In this document: piece by piece, positions 10,208 to 20,451 of the stretch
How the letters are laid out: every line of letters begins with the position of its first letter
Position numbering within the stretch: position 1 is the first letter of the stretch
DNA from: an uncultured bacterium
GTDB taxonomy: Bacteria; Edwardsbacteria; AC1; EtOH8
Direction: 5' to 3'
Assembly (NCBI GenBank): GCA_963780225.1
Contig: CAWAAX010000009.1
Coordinates: forward strand, 1-64,000
DNA: 64,000 bases
Translations under genes and position numbers: made by a program
Notes under the pieces: model-generated
Seen by the model: only the letters and a program-made list of their open reading frames with translations
Told to the model about the DNA's origin: nothing
Databases searched by the model: none

Positions 10208-10714
10208 ATGCTTTGCCAATCCTGCCATAAAAAACAGGCCACATTAAGCTACACCGAGATCAAGGCCGGACAGGCCCGCCACAGGATGCTGTGCGAGGAA
10301 TGCGCCCTGAGCCAGGGCCTGCTGAGCCCCATGGAGTCCGCCATCTCGGGCCTAAGCGACCTGCTTACCCAGCTGATGATGGAACTCACCGATTCCAGCC
10401 CGGCCCAGCCCGAGCTTAGCTGCAGCCGCTGCGGCCTCAGCTGGTCCCAGTTCCAGAAGACCGGCCGGCTGGGATGCCCCGGCTGTTACCGGGATTTTTC
10501 AGGGAAGCTGGAACCGCTGGTGCAGCGCATCCAGCACAGCGACCGGCATCTGGGCAAGACCGCTAAAAAGGCAGCGGTACAACTGCCGGTGGCCGGGGAC
10601 CAGGCTGTCATTCTGAAACGCCAACTCATCTCAGCGGTGGAAAAAGAGCAGTTTGAACTGGCCGCCACACTGCGCGACCGGCTGAAGGTGCTGGAATCGG
10701 AGCAGGTGAAATAG
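10208..10714 (+). CDS. mcsA: McsA, protein-arginine kinase activator
   Basis: Four CxxC motifs (MLCQSC, LCEECA, CSRCG, GRLGCPGCY); C-terminal UVR domain; upstream of mcsB. Confidence 0.92.
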   Translation: MLCQSCHKKQATLSYTEIKAGQARHRMLCEECALSQGLLSPMESAISGLSDLLTQLMMELTDSSPAQPELSCSRCGLSWSQFQKTGRLGCPGCYRDFSGKLEPLVQRIQHSDRHLGKTAKKAAVQLPVAGDQAVILKRQLISAVEKEQFELAATLRDRLKVLESEQVK

Positions 10715-10877
10715 GCAATTATTTTTACCACAAAAGGCACAGAAGACACAAAAACTTTACAAATAAATCATAAATTGGGAATAGTAATTGTGACAAGGTG
10801 TCATAATACTTTTTAATATTAACTTCGTGAAATCATGTTAATCCTGTCTACTCCAGTAAATAGGACAGTCAAATAAT

Positions 10878-11936
10878 ATGAACCCAGATGACGCAGGGAT
10901 CATAGGCCTTTTGCAGCAACCGGCCGGATGGACAAACGCCTCCGGGAAGGAGGCGGAGACCATCCTGTCCAGCCGGGTCAGGCTGGCCCGCAACCTCCGG
11001 AACTACAATTTCCCGGGCCGCTGCCGCGAGGCCGAGCGGCGGGAGATCCTGGATCTCAGCAAAGAGCAGGCCCTTCAGGTCAATTACCTCAAGGGGGCGG
11101 CATTTTTTTCCCTGGACGGGATCACCAAGCTGGGCCGGAGAGCCCTGGAGGAGAGGCGGATGGCCAGCTCCGGCCCGGGGGAGCAGTTGCAGGCCGGGGT
11201 GTTGATCTCCCCGGAACAGAACGTCAGCCTGATGATCAACGAAGAGGACCACCTGAGACTACAGTCGATCTTCCCGGGGCTGGACCTGCTGGAGGCCTTC
11301 CGGGTAGCCGACCAGGTGGACGACCAGCTGCAGGAGCGGATGGAAGTGGCCTTTACCGCCGACCACGGATTCCTGACGGCCTGCCCCTCAAACCTGGGCA
11401 CCGGCCTAAGGGCCTCGGTGCTGATGCATCTGCCGGCGCTGGCCTTGAGCGACCAGAGGGAGACCGTGATAGAACAGCTTTCCCAAAAAGGGATCGTGGC
11501 CCGGGGCGCCTATGGCGAGGGCAGCCGGGTCAAGGCCAACCTGTTCCAGTTCTCCAACCGGACCTCACTGGGCAAAAGCGAGCTGGAGATAGTGGAAGAG
11601 GTGGAGCAGGCGGCCAGATCATTGCAGGGCGAAGAGAACAAGCAGCGGGATGACCTGTGGAGCAGGTCCCGTTCCGAGCTGGAAGACAGGGTCTTTAGGG
11701 CCCGGGCGGTGCTAAGCCAGGCCAGGCTGCTTTCACTTGATGAGTTTTTAAGCTTATGGTCGGCGGTCCGGCTGGGTTTAAGCCTGGGATTGTTTGATTC
11801 TCCGAAGCTTCCGGAGCTCAACCGGATGCTGATAGCCATGCAGCCGGCCCACCTGCAGTTCGCCTGTGACCGGACACTGGATGCCACCCAGGAGGATATC
11901 GAACGGGCCGACCGGGTCCGGGCGATGTTTGTGTGA
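10878..11936 (+). CDS. mcsB: Protein-arginine kinase McsB
   Basis: SSRVRLARN, MINEEDHLRLQ, GFLTACPSNLGTGLRASVLMHLPAL, QPAHLQ. Confidence 0.95.
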   Translation: MNPDDAGIIGLLQQPAGWTNASGKEAETILSSRVRLARNLRNYNFPGRCREAERREILDLSKEQALQVNYLKGAAFFSLDGITKLGRRALEERRMASSGPGEQLQAGVLISPEQNVSLMINEEDHLRLQSIFPGLDLLEAFRVADQVDDQLQERMEVAFTADHGFLTACPSNLGTGLRASVLMHLPALALSDQRETVIEQLSQKGIVARGAYGEGSRVKANLFQFSNRTSLGKSELEIVEEVEQAARSLQGEENKQRDDLWSRSRSELEDRVFRARAVLSQARLLSLDEFLSLWSAVRLGLSLGLFDSPKLPELNRMLIAMQPAHLQFACDRTLDATQEDIERADRVRAMFV

Positions 11937-11950
11937 GACCGAAACGTTGG

Positions 11951-12112
11951 GGATACAATAGGGATACGATGGTGATACGATAGGCATACGATTGACCAAA
12001 CAATTGACCAATCAATGGGCAAGACGATGGGCCGTTAATGGACCGATCATTTGGCCAGACAATTGATCAGACAAGGCGCCAATAATTGTATCACCATGGT
12101 ATCGCAACCGTA
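11951..12112. repeat. 11/12-bp-period element with inverted end (copy 1)
   Basis: caatagggata/cgatggtgata/cgataggcata/cgattgaccaaa...; right end GTATCACCATGGTATC is complementary to left GATACGATGGTGATAC. Confidence 0.75.
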
Positions 12113-12167
12113 AATCCATTATAAGTCGCTGTACTATCCTATTACTTTAACCATCGGGGTTAACCGT

Positions 12168-12350
12168 ATTGCCACGACCTTCAGGTCGTGGCAGGCAATC
12201 TAATGAAACTCGATGGGCTTTAGCCCCAGAGAGTAAATGAAGGTGATTACTGTGTCTATATCGGTATCTATATTCGTCATCTGGGGTTGAAACCCCCAAG
12301 AGATTTTTCTTATCCTTCATCTTCATCCACGAGCTAAAGCTCGTGGCAAT
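12168..12350. mobile_element. Non-autonomous composite palindromic element (REPIN/MITE-like)
   Basis: TTGCCACGACC-ttca-GGTCGTGGCA ... GGGCTTTAGCCC ... GGGGTTGAAACCCC ... CCACGAGC-taaa-GCTCGTGGCAA; second copy at 24680-24876. Confidence 0.7.
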
Positions 12351-12404
12351 GGAAATGGAAGAATTAGCCTAAAACATAGATGCCATTTTAGCACGGTCTG
12401 AATA

Positions 12405-12485
12405 GTGATACGATAGGCATACGATTGGCCAGACAATTGACCAGACAAGGGGCCACAATTGTATCACCATAGTATCGCAACCGTA
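12405..12485. repeat. 11/12-bp-period element (shortened copy 2)
   Basis: gtgatacgataggcatacgatt...ggccagacaattga...tgtatcaccatagtatcgcaaccgta repeats 11972-12112 with internal units missing. Confidence 0.75.
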
Positions 12486-12527
12486 TACCAATTGTAAACG
12501 GCTTTAATCCATTAATACTTGGATGTT

Positions 12528-14987
12528 ATGAAAGAAAACCGATTTACCGAGAGGGCCAAGAAGATCCTGTTCATGGCCCGGGAGGAGGCTCGGCGGCTGC
12601 AGCACGATTACGTTGGCACCGAGCACATCCTGCTGGCCATAATCCGGGAGGGCCAGGGCGTGGCGGCCACGGTGCTGACCAACCTGGGGCTGAACCTGGA
12701 CCAGGTCAAGCGCCGGGTGGAGGAGATGGCGCCGCTGGCCGGGGGAACAATGGCTCTGGGCGACATGCCTTTCAACCAGGCGGCCAAGAACGCCATGGAA
12801 TACGGGGTGGATGAGGCTCGCTCCCTGCAGCACAGCTATGTGGGGACCGAGCATCTGCTGCTGGGCCTTTTGGACGAGCCCGACGGCGTGGCCAGCCGGG
12901 TATTGCTTTCCTTTGGCGCCGACGCCGAACGGGTGCGGTCAGAGATGCTGCGTCTGCTGGCGGTGGAGCCGGGCGGTCTGCCCAAACCTGTGACCGATTC
13001 CCAGAGCAAGACCCCGGCCCTGGATTATTTCTGCCGCGATCTTTCCCAGCTGGCCCGGGAGGGCAAGTTGGATCCGGTGATCGGCCGGGCCCGGGAGATA
13101 GAGCGGGTGATCCAGATCCTTTCCCGGCGCAAGAAGAACAATCCGGTGCTGATCGGCGAGGCCGGGGTGGGCAAGACCGCCATAGTGGAGGGCCTGGCCC
13201 AGCAGATAATAGCCGGGCAGGTGCCGGAGCAGATCTCGGGCAAGCGGGTGCTGGCCCTGGACCTGGCGGCGGTGGTAGCCGGCACCAAGTACCGGGGGCA
13301 GTTCGAGGAGCGCCTGAAGGCGGTGATGAACGAACTGAAGGCCGCCAGCGACTCCATCCTCTTTTTGGACGAGCTTCACACCATAGTAGGCGCCGGCGGG
13401 GCCGAGGGAGCCCTGGACGCCAGCAACATGCTGAAACCGGCCCTGGCCCGGGGCGAGATCCAGTGCGTGGGGGCCACCACCATGGACGAGTACCGCAAAC
13501 ACATAGAGAAGGACGCGGCCCTGGAGCGGAGGTTCCAGAGCATAGTGGTGGAGCCGCCGGGGGTGGAGGAGACCATCAGGATACTGAAGGGCCTGCAGTC
13601 CAAGTACGAGGAGCACCACAAGATAAAATATTCCGGGGAGGCCATCGAGTCGGCGGTCCGGCTCTCCGACCGCTACATCAGCGACCGTTTTTTGCCGGAC
13701 AAGGCCATAGACGTGATCGACGAGGCGGGATCCCGGGCCCGGCTGGGCGCCAGCGAGCCTCCGCTGGAGATCAAGGCCCTGGACGGCGAGCTGGAGCAGA
13801 TCGTCCAATCCAAGGTGACAGCGGTGAAAAAACAGGATTACGAGGGGGCGGCCCGCTGGAGAGACGCCGAGCGCAACAAGAAGCAGGAGATCGAACGGCT
13901 GAAGGCCGCCTGGAAGAAGAGCCGGGAGCAGGTACGGGTGGTGATCGGCGAGGAGGACATTGCTTATGTGGTGGCCCGCTGGACCGGCATCCCCATCGTC
14001 AAGTTGGAGGAGAAGGAATCGGCCCGGCTGTTGAAGATGGAGCAGGAGCTGAGCAAACGGGTGGTGGGCCAGGACCAGGCCATATCGGCCATCTCCCGGG
14101 CGGTGCGCCGCACCCGGGCCGGGATCAAGGATCCCAAACGGCCCATGGGCTCGTTCATCTTCCTAGGGCCCACCGGTGTGGGCAAGACCGAACTGGCCCG
14201 GACCCTGGCCGCCTTTCTGTTCGAAGATGAGAACGCCCTGATCCGGGTGGACATGTCGGAATACATGGAAAAACACGCGGTTTCCCGGATGATGGGCGCC
14301 CCGCCGGGCTATGTGGGTTACGAGGAGGGCGGCCAGCTGACCGAGAAAGTGCGGCGCCGTCCCTATTCCGTTGTTCTTTTGGATGAGATCGAGAAGGCTC
14401 ATCCCGACGTATTCAACGTTCTGCTACAGGTGCTGGAGGACGGCCTGTTGACCGACTCCTACGGCCGCAAGGTCAGTTTCAAAAACACGGTGGTGATCAT
14501 GACCTCCAACCTGGGGGCCAGGGAGATCAAGAAGGGGGTCAGCCTGGGGTTCCAGTCATCGGACGATCAGCAGTCCTTTGACCTGATGAAGGACAAGGTG
14601 CTGGGCGAACTCAAGAAGACCTTCAATCCCGAATTCCTGAACCGGGTGGACGAAACGGTGGTGTTCCATTCTCTGGGCAAGCCGGAGATGGAGCAGATCG
14701 TGGAGATCCTGACCGGGCAGTTGTCCGGCCGGTTGGCCGAAAAAGACATCAAGATCAAACTGAGCCCAGAAGCCAAGCAGCTTCTGGCGGACAAGGGATT
14801 CGATCCCTCCTACGGGGCCCGTCCGGTCAAACGGACCATCCAGAGATTAGTAGAAGACCCGCTTTCGGAGGAGATCCTGAAGGGCGCGGTCAAGCCGGGG
14901 GATACGGTGGAGGTGGAGGCCAAGGACGGGATCATCCAATTCAAGACGGCCAGGAGCAGGGCGGTCAGCGGGAAGAAAAAGGCGTGA
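12528..14987 (+). CDS. clpC: ATP-dependent Clp protease ATPase ClpC
   Basis: Clp N repeats (FTERA, GTEHILL), [12 protein letters not shown]-domain, [26 protein letters not shown]. Confidence 0.96.
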   Translation: MKENRFTERAKKILFMAREEARRLQHDYVGTEHILLAIIREGQGVAATVLTNLGLNLDQVKRRVEEMAPLAGGTMALGDMPFNQAAKNAMEYGVDEARSLQHSYVGTEHLLLGLLDEPDGVASRVLLSFGADAERVRSEMLRLLAVEPGGLPKPVTDSQSKTPALDYFCRDLSQLAREGKLDPVIGRAREIERVIQILSRRKKNNPVLIGEAGVGKTAIVEGLAQQIIAGQVPEQISGKRVLALDLAAVVAGTKYRGQFEERLKAVMNELKAASDSILFLDELHTIVGAGGAEGALDASNMLKPALARGEIQCVGATTMDEYRKHIEKDAALERRFQSIVVEPPGVEETIRILKGLQSKYEEHHKIKYSGEAIESAVRLSDRYISDRFLPDKAIDVIDEAGSRARLGASEPPLEIKALDGELEQIVQSKVTAVKKQDYEGAARWRDAERNKKQEIERLKAAWKKSREQVRVVIGEEDIAYVVARWTGIPIVKLEEKESARLLKMEQELSKRVVGQDQAISAISRAVRRTRAGIKDPKRPMGSFIFLGPTGVGKTELARTLAAFLFEDENALIRVDMSEYMEKHAVSRMMGAPPGYVGYEEGGQLTEKVRRRPYSVVLLDEIEKAHPDVFNVLLQVLEDGLLTDSYGRKVSFKNTVVIMTSNLGAREIKKGVSLGFQSSDDQQSFDLMKDKVLGELKKTFNPEFLNRVDETVVFHSLGKPEMEQIVEILTGQLSGRLAEKDIKIKLSPEAKQLLADKGFDPSYGARPVKRTIQRLVEDPLSEEILKGAVKPGDTVEVEAKDGIIQFKTARSRAVSGKKKA

Positions 14988-15132
14988 TAACCGCCGTAAA
15001 CGTTACGTTCAATATATTTTATTTACAGCAAGTACTGGCTTGACTTTGATTTATACTTTGTGATACTCTTTATATGTGAAGAGAAAAAAAGTATCATATT
15101 TTATGGCTTGTTTGCATAGCTTACCATAACAT

Positions 15133-15176
15133 AAGAGCCTTTGTCCGCAGTTTTAAATTACGGACAGGGGCTTTTT
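15133..15176 (+). terminator. Intrinsic terminator or attenuator hairpin upstream of the lipoprotein gene
   Basis: AAGAGCCTTTGTCCG...CGGACAGGGGC followed by TTTTT. Confidence 0.6.
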
Positions 15177-15221
15177 GCGTTAATAATCTGGTATTCTGAA
15201 CAAAAATAGAGGTAACACAAA

Positions 15222-16469
15222 ATGAAAAGGGCCTATTATTTATTGATAGCTTTGGTCGTAGCCATCGGTTGTTCAAAAAAACAGCCGGTGCAGCTCCCTT
15301 TGGATAAAACCGTCATTAAAGGCGTAGTTGCTGATAGCTTAACCGGCCAACCGGTGGCTGGCGCAACTGTAAGCCTGAATGTAAGCGGTTACATAACCGT
15401 TACCGATAGCTTTGGCAATTATATTTTTGTTGGTATGGGCGGCGGTAGTTTTACTGTAAGTGCTGAGAAAATTGACTGGAGGCCGAATAGCGCGGCAGTT
15501 GAAATTGCCGCCAATGACAGCATTGAACTGAATGTAAAACTACACCCCCGGCAATGGGAAGTGGTGCAAATACCCATAGCGTCACCCTGGAATAACGGCT
15601 ACTTGGATGATCTGTGTTTTATAAATGAGAACGAAGGCTGGGCGGTGGGCAGTGATTATATTTTGGGTTATCCGGGCTATATCCTTCACACTATAGATGG
15701 TGGTTATACCTGGACAATGCAGTATGGCGGTGGGGGGCAATATTTTCACAATGTAGAATTTGTTGATAATTTATATGGCTGGGCTGCTGCCGGGATTTAT
15801 ATGATTAAAAAGACAACCGATGGCGGGGCAACTTGGACGGATACGCCATGTCCGATAACAAGCTTTTGGGCTATGGATTTTATTGATAGAAATACTGGGT
15901 GGATAGCAGAATGGGTAAATGGTGGTAGTATTTATCATACCACCGATGGCGGTATCACATGGGTCAAGCAGGTTGAATTACTTGACAGTACTATAGTCTC
16001 AATGGAATTTATAGATGCCAACCAGGGCTGGGCAAAAAGCAGGACGAAAGTATATGCTACTGCAAATGGTGGTGCAAACTGGTATATACAACAAACAACG
16101 GAGCCAACTGGCGCAACACCATACGATAAAATAGAAGTGTTAGAGTCAGGCAATATATGGATAGAAGGCTACCATAGCTCTAATGGCGGCGCAAGTTGGG
16201 AATATCAACCGAGTGATACCTTTGGGGCAATAACTGCGGTTTCTTTCTGTAATGAAACCTATGGATGGATGGCGGGTGAAACGGTCACCCCGGCGTATTC
16301 AACTTTTATGATACATACTGTTGATGGCGGCAATACTTGGAATAAAATAGCAGCGCCAACTAATGTGGAATACATTTTCGGCATTCAATTCCTTAATCCT
16401 TCTTTTGGCCGGGCAATTGCGCATCTATCATTAAGTGCAAATAGTAATGTCTTGTTAATCTATAAATAG
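15222..16469 (+). CDS. Lipoprotein with carboxypeptidase-regulatory-like domain and YCF48/BNR (Asp-box) beta-propeller
   Basis: Lipobox VAIG-C; GVVADSLTGQPVAGATV; repeated TxDGGxTW; visibly AT-richer than its neighbours. Confidence 0.85.
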   Translation: MKRAYYLLIALVVAIGCSKKQPVQLPLDKTVIKGVVADSLTGQPVAGATVSLNVSGYITVTDSFGNYIFVGMGGGSFTVSAEKIDWRPNSAAVEIAANDSIELNVKLHPRQWEVVQIPIASPWNNGYLDDLCFINENEGWAVGSDYILGYPGYILHTIDGGYTWTMQYGGGGQYFHNVEFVDNLYGWAAAGIYMIKKTTDGGATWTDTPCPITSFWAMDFIDRNTGWIAEWVNGGSIYHTTDGGITWVKQVELLDSTIVSMEFIDANQGWAKSRTKVYATANGGANWYIQQTTEPTGATPYDKIEVLESGNIWIEGYHSSNGGASWEYQPSDTFGAITAVSFCNETYGWMAGETVTPAYSTFMIHTVDGGNTWNKIAAPTNVEYIFGIQFLNPSFGRAIAHLSLSANSNVLLIYK

Positions 16470-16530
16470 AAAGGTGGGATGGCAAGGATGAATCAGGCCA
16501 ACAAGCCACGGCGCAATAAAAAACCAACAA

Positions 16531-16564
16531 AAAGCCGGAACATTTTGTTCCGGCCTTTATTTTT
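16531..16564 (+). terminator. Probable terminator hairpin
   Basis: GCCGGAACA-ttt-TGTTCCGGC followed by a T-rich tract. Confidence 0.5.
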
Positions 16565-16840
16565 AGAACCCAGCATGATTTTTTGATCCCAGGTTTAAAC
16601 CATTGTTCTATTTTACGAGTCTAATCTTTTTTATGAACAAAAAAGGCTTTGGACCACCGAGGCCTTTTCTTTATTTATTCATGATCCTGAAATCCAGTCG
16701 CGGCAGATATTAACGGAACATTTTGTCCCGGCTTTGCGTATTATGTCTGAAGCCCGTTTTGTTCTCTCAATGGGCCTTTTTTCGCATTGACTATTAATGG
16801 GGCGGATGTTATAATTAGTTACCACTGAATAAGATACTTT

Positions 16841-16974
16841 ACCCACGAAAAACACTAAAACCAATACTTATTCAAAAATATTTTTTAGTGTAATTTCGTG
16901 CCTTTAGTGCGTGCGCGCTGAAGCCCTGCCGTACAATGAGCCTGGTCGAAGTGTGGCGAGGCGCAAGCGTGGGC
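16841..16974. repeat. 9-bp-period palindromic element carrying two nested REP-like inserts
   Basis: ACCCACGAAAAACACTAAAA...TTTTAGTGTAATTTCGTGCCTTTAGTG[insert]GTGGG; the insert itself contains TGAGCCTGGTCGAAGTGT. Confidence 0.6.
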
Positions 16975-17090
16975 ATTTTGCCTCATCAGCGGCACCACGC
17001 AAGGCGGTGGATAGAAAACTAAATAATATTCTGCCTTTAATCCGGCCGGGACCAATTCCCGTCCGGGAAACAATCTTATCAGGATGATCT

Positions 17091-19349
17091 ATGAACCAAA
17101 AATACTTCCGGGCCGCCTTCTTTGTTCTGTTATTATCAACAGTAACTTTTTCCCTTTCCCTGGCCTTGACCGTAACCGGTCTCAAAGTTGAGGGCAATGA
17201 AAATGTCGACCAGGCCTCCATTATCAATGCTTCCCAGCTGGCGGTGGGCGACAGCGTAGACACCGAAGAACTCTCTTCGGCCCTGCGCAAGGTTTACGCC
17301 CTGGGATATTTCAAAGACGTCCAGCTCCGCACCGACAGCACCGGGATGGGCAGCGACCTGGTCTTTGTAGTGGCGGAAAAGCCGCTGGTGGAACGGGTGG
17401 AATTTTTGGGCAACGAAAAGATCAGCACCCAGGACCTGGAGGACACCCTGACGGTCCGGCCCGGTTCCATGCTGGACAAAAAGATCATCAGTCAGAATGC
17501 CGCCCTGATCCGCAATATGTACCTGGAGAAAGGTTACACCGATGCGGTGGTGCGGGATACCCTGATAGAATCCGGCAGCAAATACTCCCTGCGCTACCTG
17601 ATAGACGAGGGCCGCAAGGTGCGGGTCAAAAAGATCGTATTCACCGGCAATCCCAGCCTTAAGAGCAAGGGCATCATCAACGCCATGACCACCAAGCAGC
17701 GCGGCTTTACCCTGTTGTGGAAGGCCGTTCCCTGGTACCGCAAGGGGGCCTACAGCCAGGACACTTTGGCCGATGACCTGGCCCGGGTGGAACGCTACTG
17801 CCAGAACTACGGGTTCATCGAGGCCAAGGCCGTGCTGGACAGCGTCAGCTACAACGACCAGCGGGACCGGGTGACCGCCTTCATCAACCTGACCGAGGGA
17901 ACCAAGTACCGGGTGGGGCAACTGACCTTTGACGGCAACGAAAAAATAACCACCCCCAAGCTGAACAAAGCCCTGTTCCTTAAGACTGGCCAGGTCTTCA
18001 GCGCCGACCAGGCCGACAAGACGTTGGAGAACCTTTATACCATTTACACCGAAGAAGGATTCATCTACTGCCGGGTGATTCCCGAGCCCAACCTGCACGA
18101 CTCGGTGGCCGATATGAAGTACAGCATCCTGGAGAACAACCCGGCCCGCATCCGCCAGGTGATCATCGCCGGCAACACCAAGACCAGGGACAAGGTGATC
18201 CGCCGCCAGCTGAAGGTTCTGCCCGGAGACCTGTTCCGCCGTTCCTTAGTGATCCGCAGCCAGCGGGAAGTATTTGCCCTGGGATTTTTCGAGGATGTGC
18301 AGATCGGCTCCCAGCCGGCCGATACCAGCGGAGACATCGACCTGATATTCACCGTCAAGGAAAAACAGGTGGGACAGTTCCAGGTGGGCACCACCTACGG
18401 GGCCACCGACGGGCTGGCCGGCTTCGTCCAGATCGGGATGCCCAACCTGTTCGGCCGCGGTCAGGAGATAAATTTCAAGACAGAATTCAGCTCCAAAAAA
18501 TTCAACCTGGACCTGGGCTTTACCGAACCCTGGTTATTCGACACCCCGACTTCGGCCGGGGTCGACATTTACCGCACCACCTATTCCTACACCACTTACG
18601 ACGAGGAGAGGATCGGCGGCGGGCTGAGGCTGGGGAGGCCCATACCCTGGCTGGATTACACCCGGGGGTACTGGCAGTATAACCTGGAACGGCTGGATAT
18701 TTACAACCCGTCCAGCAGCATTGCGGCCACGGTAAACAGCCAATCCTGGCCCCGGATATCCTCCAGCACCGGCATCAGCCTGGTAAGGGACAGCCGGGAC
18801 CGGCCGTTCAACGCCACCAACGGAAGCCGGACCATGCTCAGCTCCGAATTCTGCGGCGGGATACTGCAGGGCCGGGTGGACTACCAGAAATATATCGGCG
18901 AGTACCGCTATTACCATCCCCTGTTCTGGAAGCTGGCGGTGATGGCCCGGGCCCGGGCCGGAATGGTGGACGGTTACTCCAATCCCAATACCGTACCCAT
19001 CAGCGAGAAGTTTTTTGTGGGCGGGGCCGGCGAGGACGGCATCCGGGGCTACCCCGACCGCTCCGTCAGCACTTCTTACGGGGGACGGGCCATGGCGGTA
19101 TCCAATCTGGAATTGCGTTACGGCATTAACTCCAGCGTCTACACCATGCTGTTCCTGGATGCCGGAAATTCCTGGCTCAGCGCCAAAGATGCCCGGATTC
19201 AGGCTTACAAGGGCTTGGGAGCCGGGGTCAGGATGGAGATCCCCATGATCGGCATCCTGGGTTTCGACTGGGCCTATGGGTTTGACCGCAAACTGCTGGG
19301 ACTTCAGGACCACTGGGAATTCCATTTCCAGATCGGGACCACCTTCTGA
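17091..19349 (+). CDS. bamA: Outer membrane protein assembly factor BamA
   Basis: Signal peptide, POTRA domains (GNTKTRDKVIRR), NLFGRGQ, FTEPWLFD, IRGY, C-terminal FQIGTTF. Confidence 0.96.
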   Translation: MNQKYFRAAFFVLLLSTVTFSLSLALTVTGLKVEGNENVDQASIINASQLAVGDSVDTEELSSALRKVYALGYFKDVQLRTDSTGMGSDLVFVVAEKPLVERVEFLGNEKISTQDLEDTLTVRPGSMLDKKIISQNAALIRNMYLEKGYTDAVVRDTLIESGSKYSLRYLIDEGRKVRVKKIVFTGNPSLKSKGIINAMTTKQRGFTLLWKAVPWYRKGAYSQDTLADDLARVERYCQNYGFIEAKAVLDSVSYNDQRDRVTAFINLTEGTKYRVGQLTFDGNEKITTPKLNKALFLKTGQVFSADQADKTLENLYTIYTEEGFIYCRVIPEPNLHDSVADMKYSILENNPARIRQVIIAGNTKTRDKVIRRQLKVLPGDLFRRSLVIRSQREVFALGFFEDVQIGSQPADTSGDIDLIFTVKEKQVGQFQVGTTYGATDGLAGFVQIGMPNLFGRGQEINFKTEFSSKKFNLDLGFTEPWLFDTPTSAGVDIYRTTYSYTTYDEERIGGGLRLGRPIPWLDYTRGYWQYNLERLDIYNPSSSIAATVNSQSWPRISSSTGISLVRDSRDRPFNATNGSRTMLSSEFCGGILQGRVDYQKYIGEYRYYHPLFWKLAVMARARAGMVDGYSNPNTVPISEKFFVGGAGEDGIRGYPDRSVSTSYGGRAMAVSNLELRYGINSSVYTMLFLDAGNSWLSAKDARIQAYKGLGAGVRMEIPMIGILGFDWAYGFDRKLLGLQDHWEFHFQIGTTF

Positions 19350-19374
19350 CCGCTTAAGAAAACCGCGGGATTAA

Positions 19375-19456
19375 TTTTATAAGGAAACCAGGAATATAGG
19401 AATATACTAAGCTTTCAGGGTTGTAGAATTCATGGTTTCATGGCTTCCTAATAAAA
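19375..19456. repeat. 8-bp-period palindromic element (complete, both arms)
   Basis: TTTTATAAGGAAACCAGGAATATAGGAAT ... ATTCATGGTTTCATGGCTTCCTAATAAAA. Confidence 0.75.
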
Positions 19457-19494
19457 AAATACTTATTATCCGACTCAGTAAATAGTAAGGAGCG

Positions 19495-20451
19495 ATGATG
19501 AACAGGATCAGGACCCTTTTGGCCGGGGCGGCCGTGTTTGCAATAGCCGCCTCGTTTTGCCAGGCCCAGAAGACGGGTTACGTTGATTCCAAGAAGATAT
19601 TTGAAAAATACAAGGGGGCCGGCGATATCAAACTGCAGGTCAACCGGGCTTTGGATGCCTGGAATAAGGAGATTGAATCCAAGCGGGCGGAGATCGACTC
19701 TTTGCAGCGTGACCTGGAGGCCCAGAACCTGGTGATCAGCAGCGAGCGCCGCAAGCTTAAACAGGATGAGATCAAGACCAAAAACAAGGAGGTGGAAGCC
19801 CTGATCCACCAGGTCTACGACCCCTCCGGCAAGCTGGACGCCAAGAACAAGGAGCTTTCCAAGCCGATGGTGGAGAAGATCGGGGCCATTATCAAAAAGG
19901 TAGCCTTGGACAATAACATCCTGCTGGTGCTGGACTCATCCTCCGGCATGGTGGTCTATGCCGACAAGGATCTGGACCTGACCGACCAGGTGCTGGAGGA
20001 GCTGGCCAAATCTGAAGGGATCGTAGCCCAGTACCAGGCCACCCTGGCCCTGTTCCCGGTCTGGGATGCCGATCCCGAGGCGGTGCGCAAAAAATTAGGC
20101 AAACTGGCCTTCGGGTATCTTTTCAGTTCCTTAAGCCGTTCCGAAACATTCAAACCCCTGGTCCAAAATCTGGTCCGGGACCTGGTCAAGGACAAAGGCC
20201 TGGAGAACAAGGAGGTCACTGACGCCAAGGGGCTGGAGCTGGCCAAGATCCTGACCGCCCAGTTCGCCATTAACGGAGGAATATATTATAATGCGGCCAC
20301 CGGGCAGATTACTTTGAAACTCAGGCTGTTCAACGTGGACACCGGCATGATGCTGGCCGAGGAGAGCGAAGTGGCGGCCAGCCAGACCGAACTTTCCGGG
20401 GCCTGCGAGAACCTGGTGGCCAGGCTGGCCCAGAAAGCCGGCGGAAAATGA
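19495..20451 (+). CDS. skp: OmpH/Skp chaperone with an extra ~140-aa C-terminal domain (CsgG/TolB-N-like)
   Basis: KTGYVDSKKI...VYADKDLDLTDQVL Skp motifs; lies between bamA and lpxD. Confidence 0.85.
   Translation: MMNRIRTLLAGAAVFAIAASFCQAQKTGYVDSKKIFEKYKGAGDIKLQVNRALDAWNKEIESKRAEIDSLQRDLEAQNLVISSERRKLKQDEIKTKNKEVEALIHQVYDPSGKLDAKNKELSKPMVEKIGAIIKKVALDNNILLVLDSSSGMVVYADKDLDLTDQVLEELAKSEGIVAQYQATLALFPVWDADPEAVRKKLGKLAFGYLFSSLSRSETFKPLVQNLVRDLVKDKGLENKEVTDAKGLELAKILTAQFAINGGIYYNAATGQITLKLRLFNVDTGMMLAEESEVAASQTELSGACENLVARLAQKAGGK

Noticed and set aside
11991..12010. CtsR box upstream of clpC (ATTGACC repeats)
   Set aside because: The repeat period is 12 bp rather than the 10 bp of the CtsR heptad pair, the units belong to a longer repeat array, and no ctsR is present.
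11951..12485. CRISPR array
   Set aside because: Units are 11-12 bp, degenerate and contiguous, with no unique spacers and no cas genes.
16907..17070. Group II intron 5' end (GTGCG) or ncRNA
   Set aside because: No domain V/VI and no RT; the stretch is explained by nested palindromic inserts.
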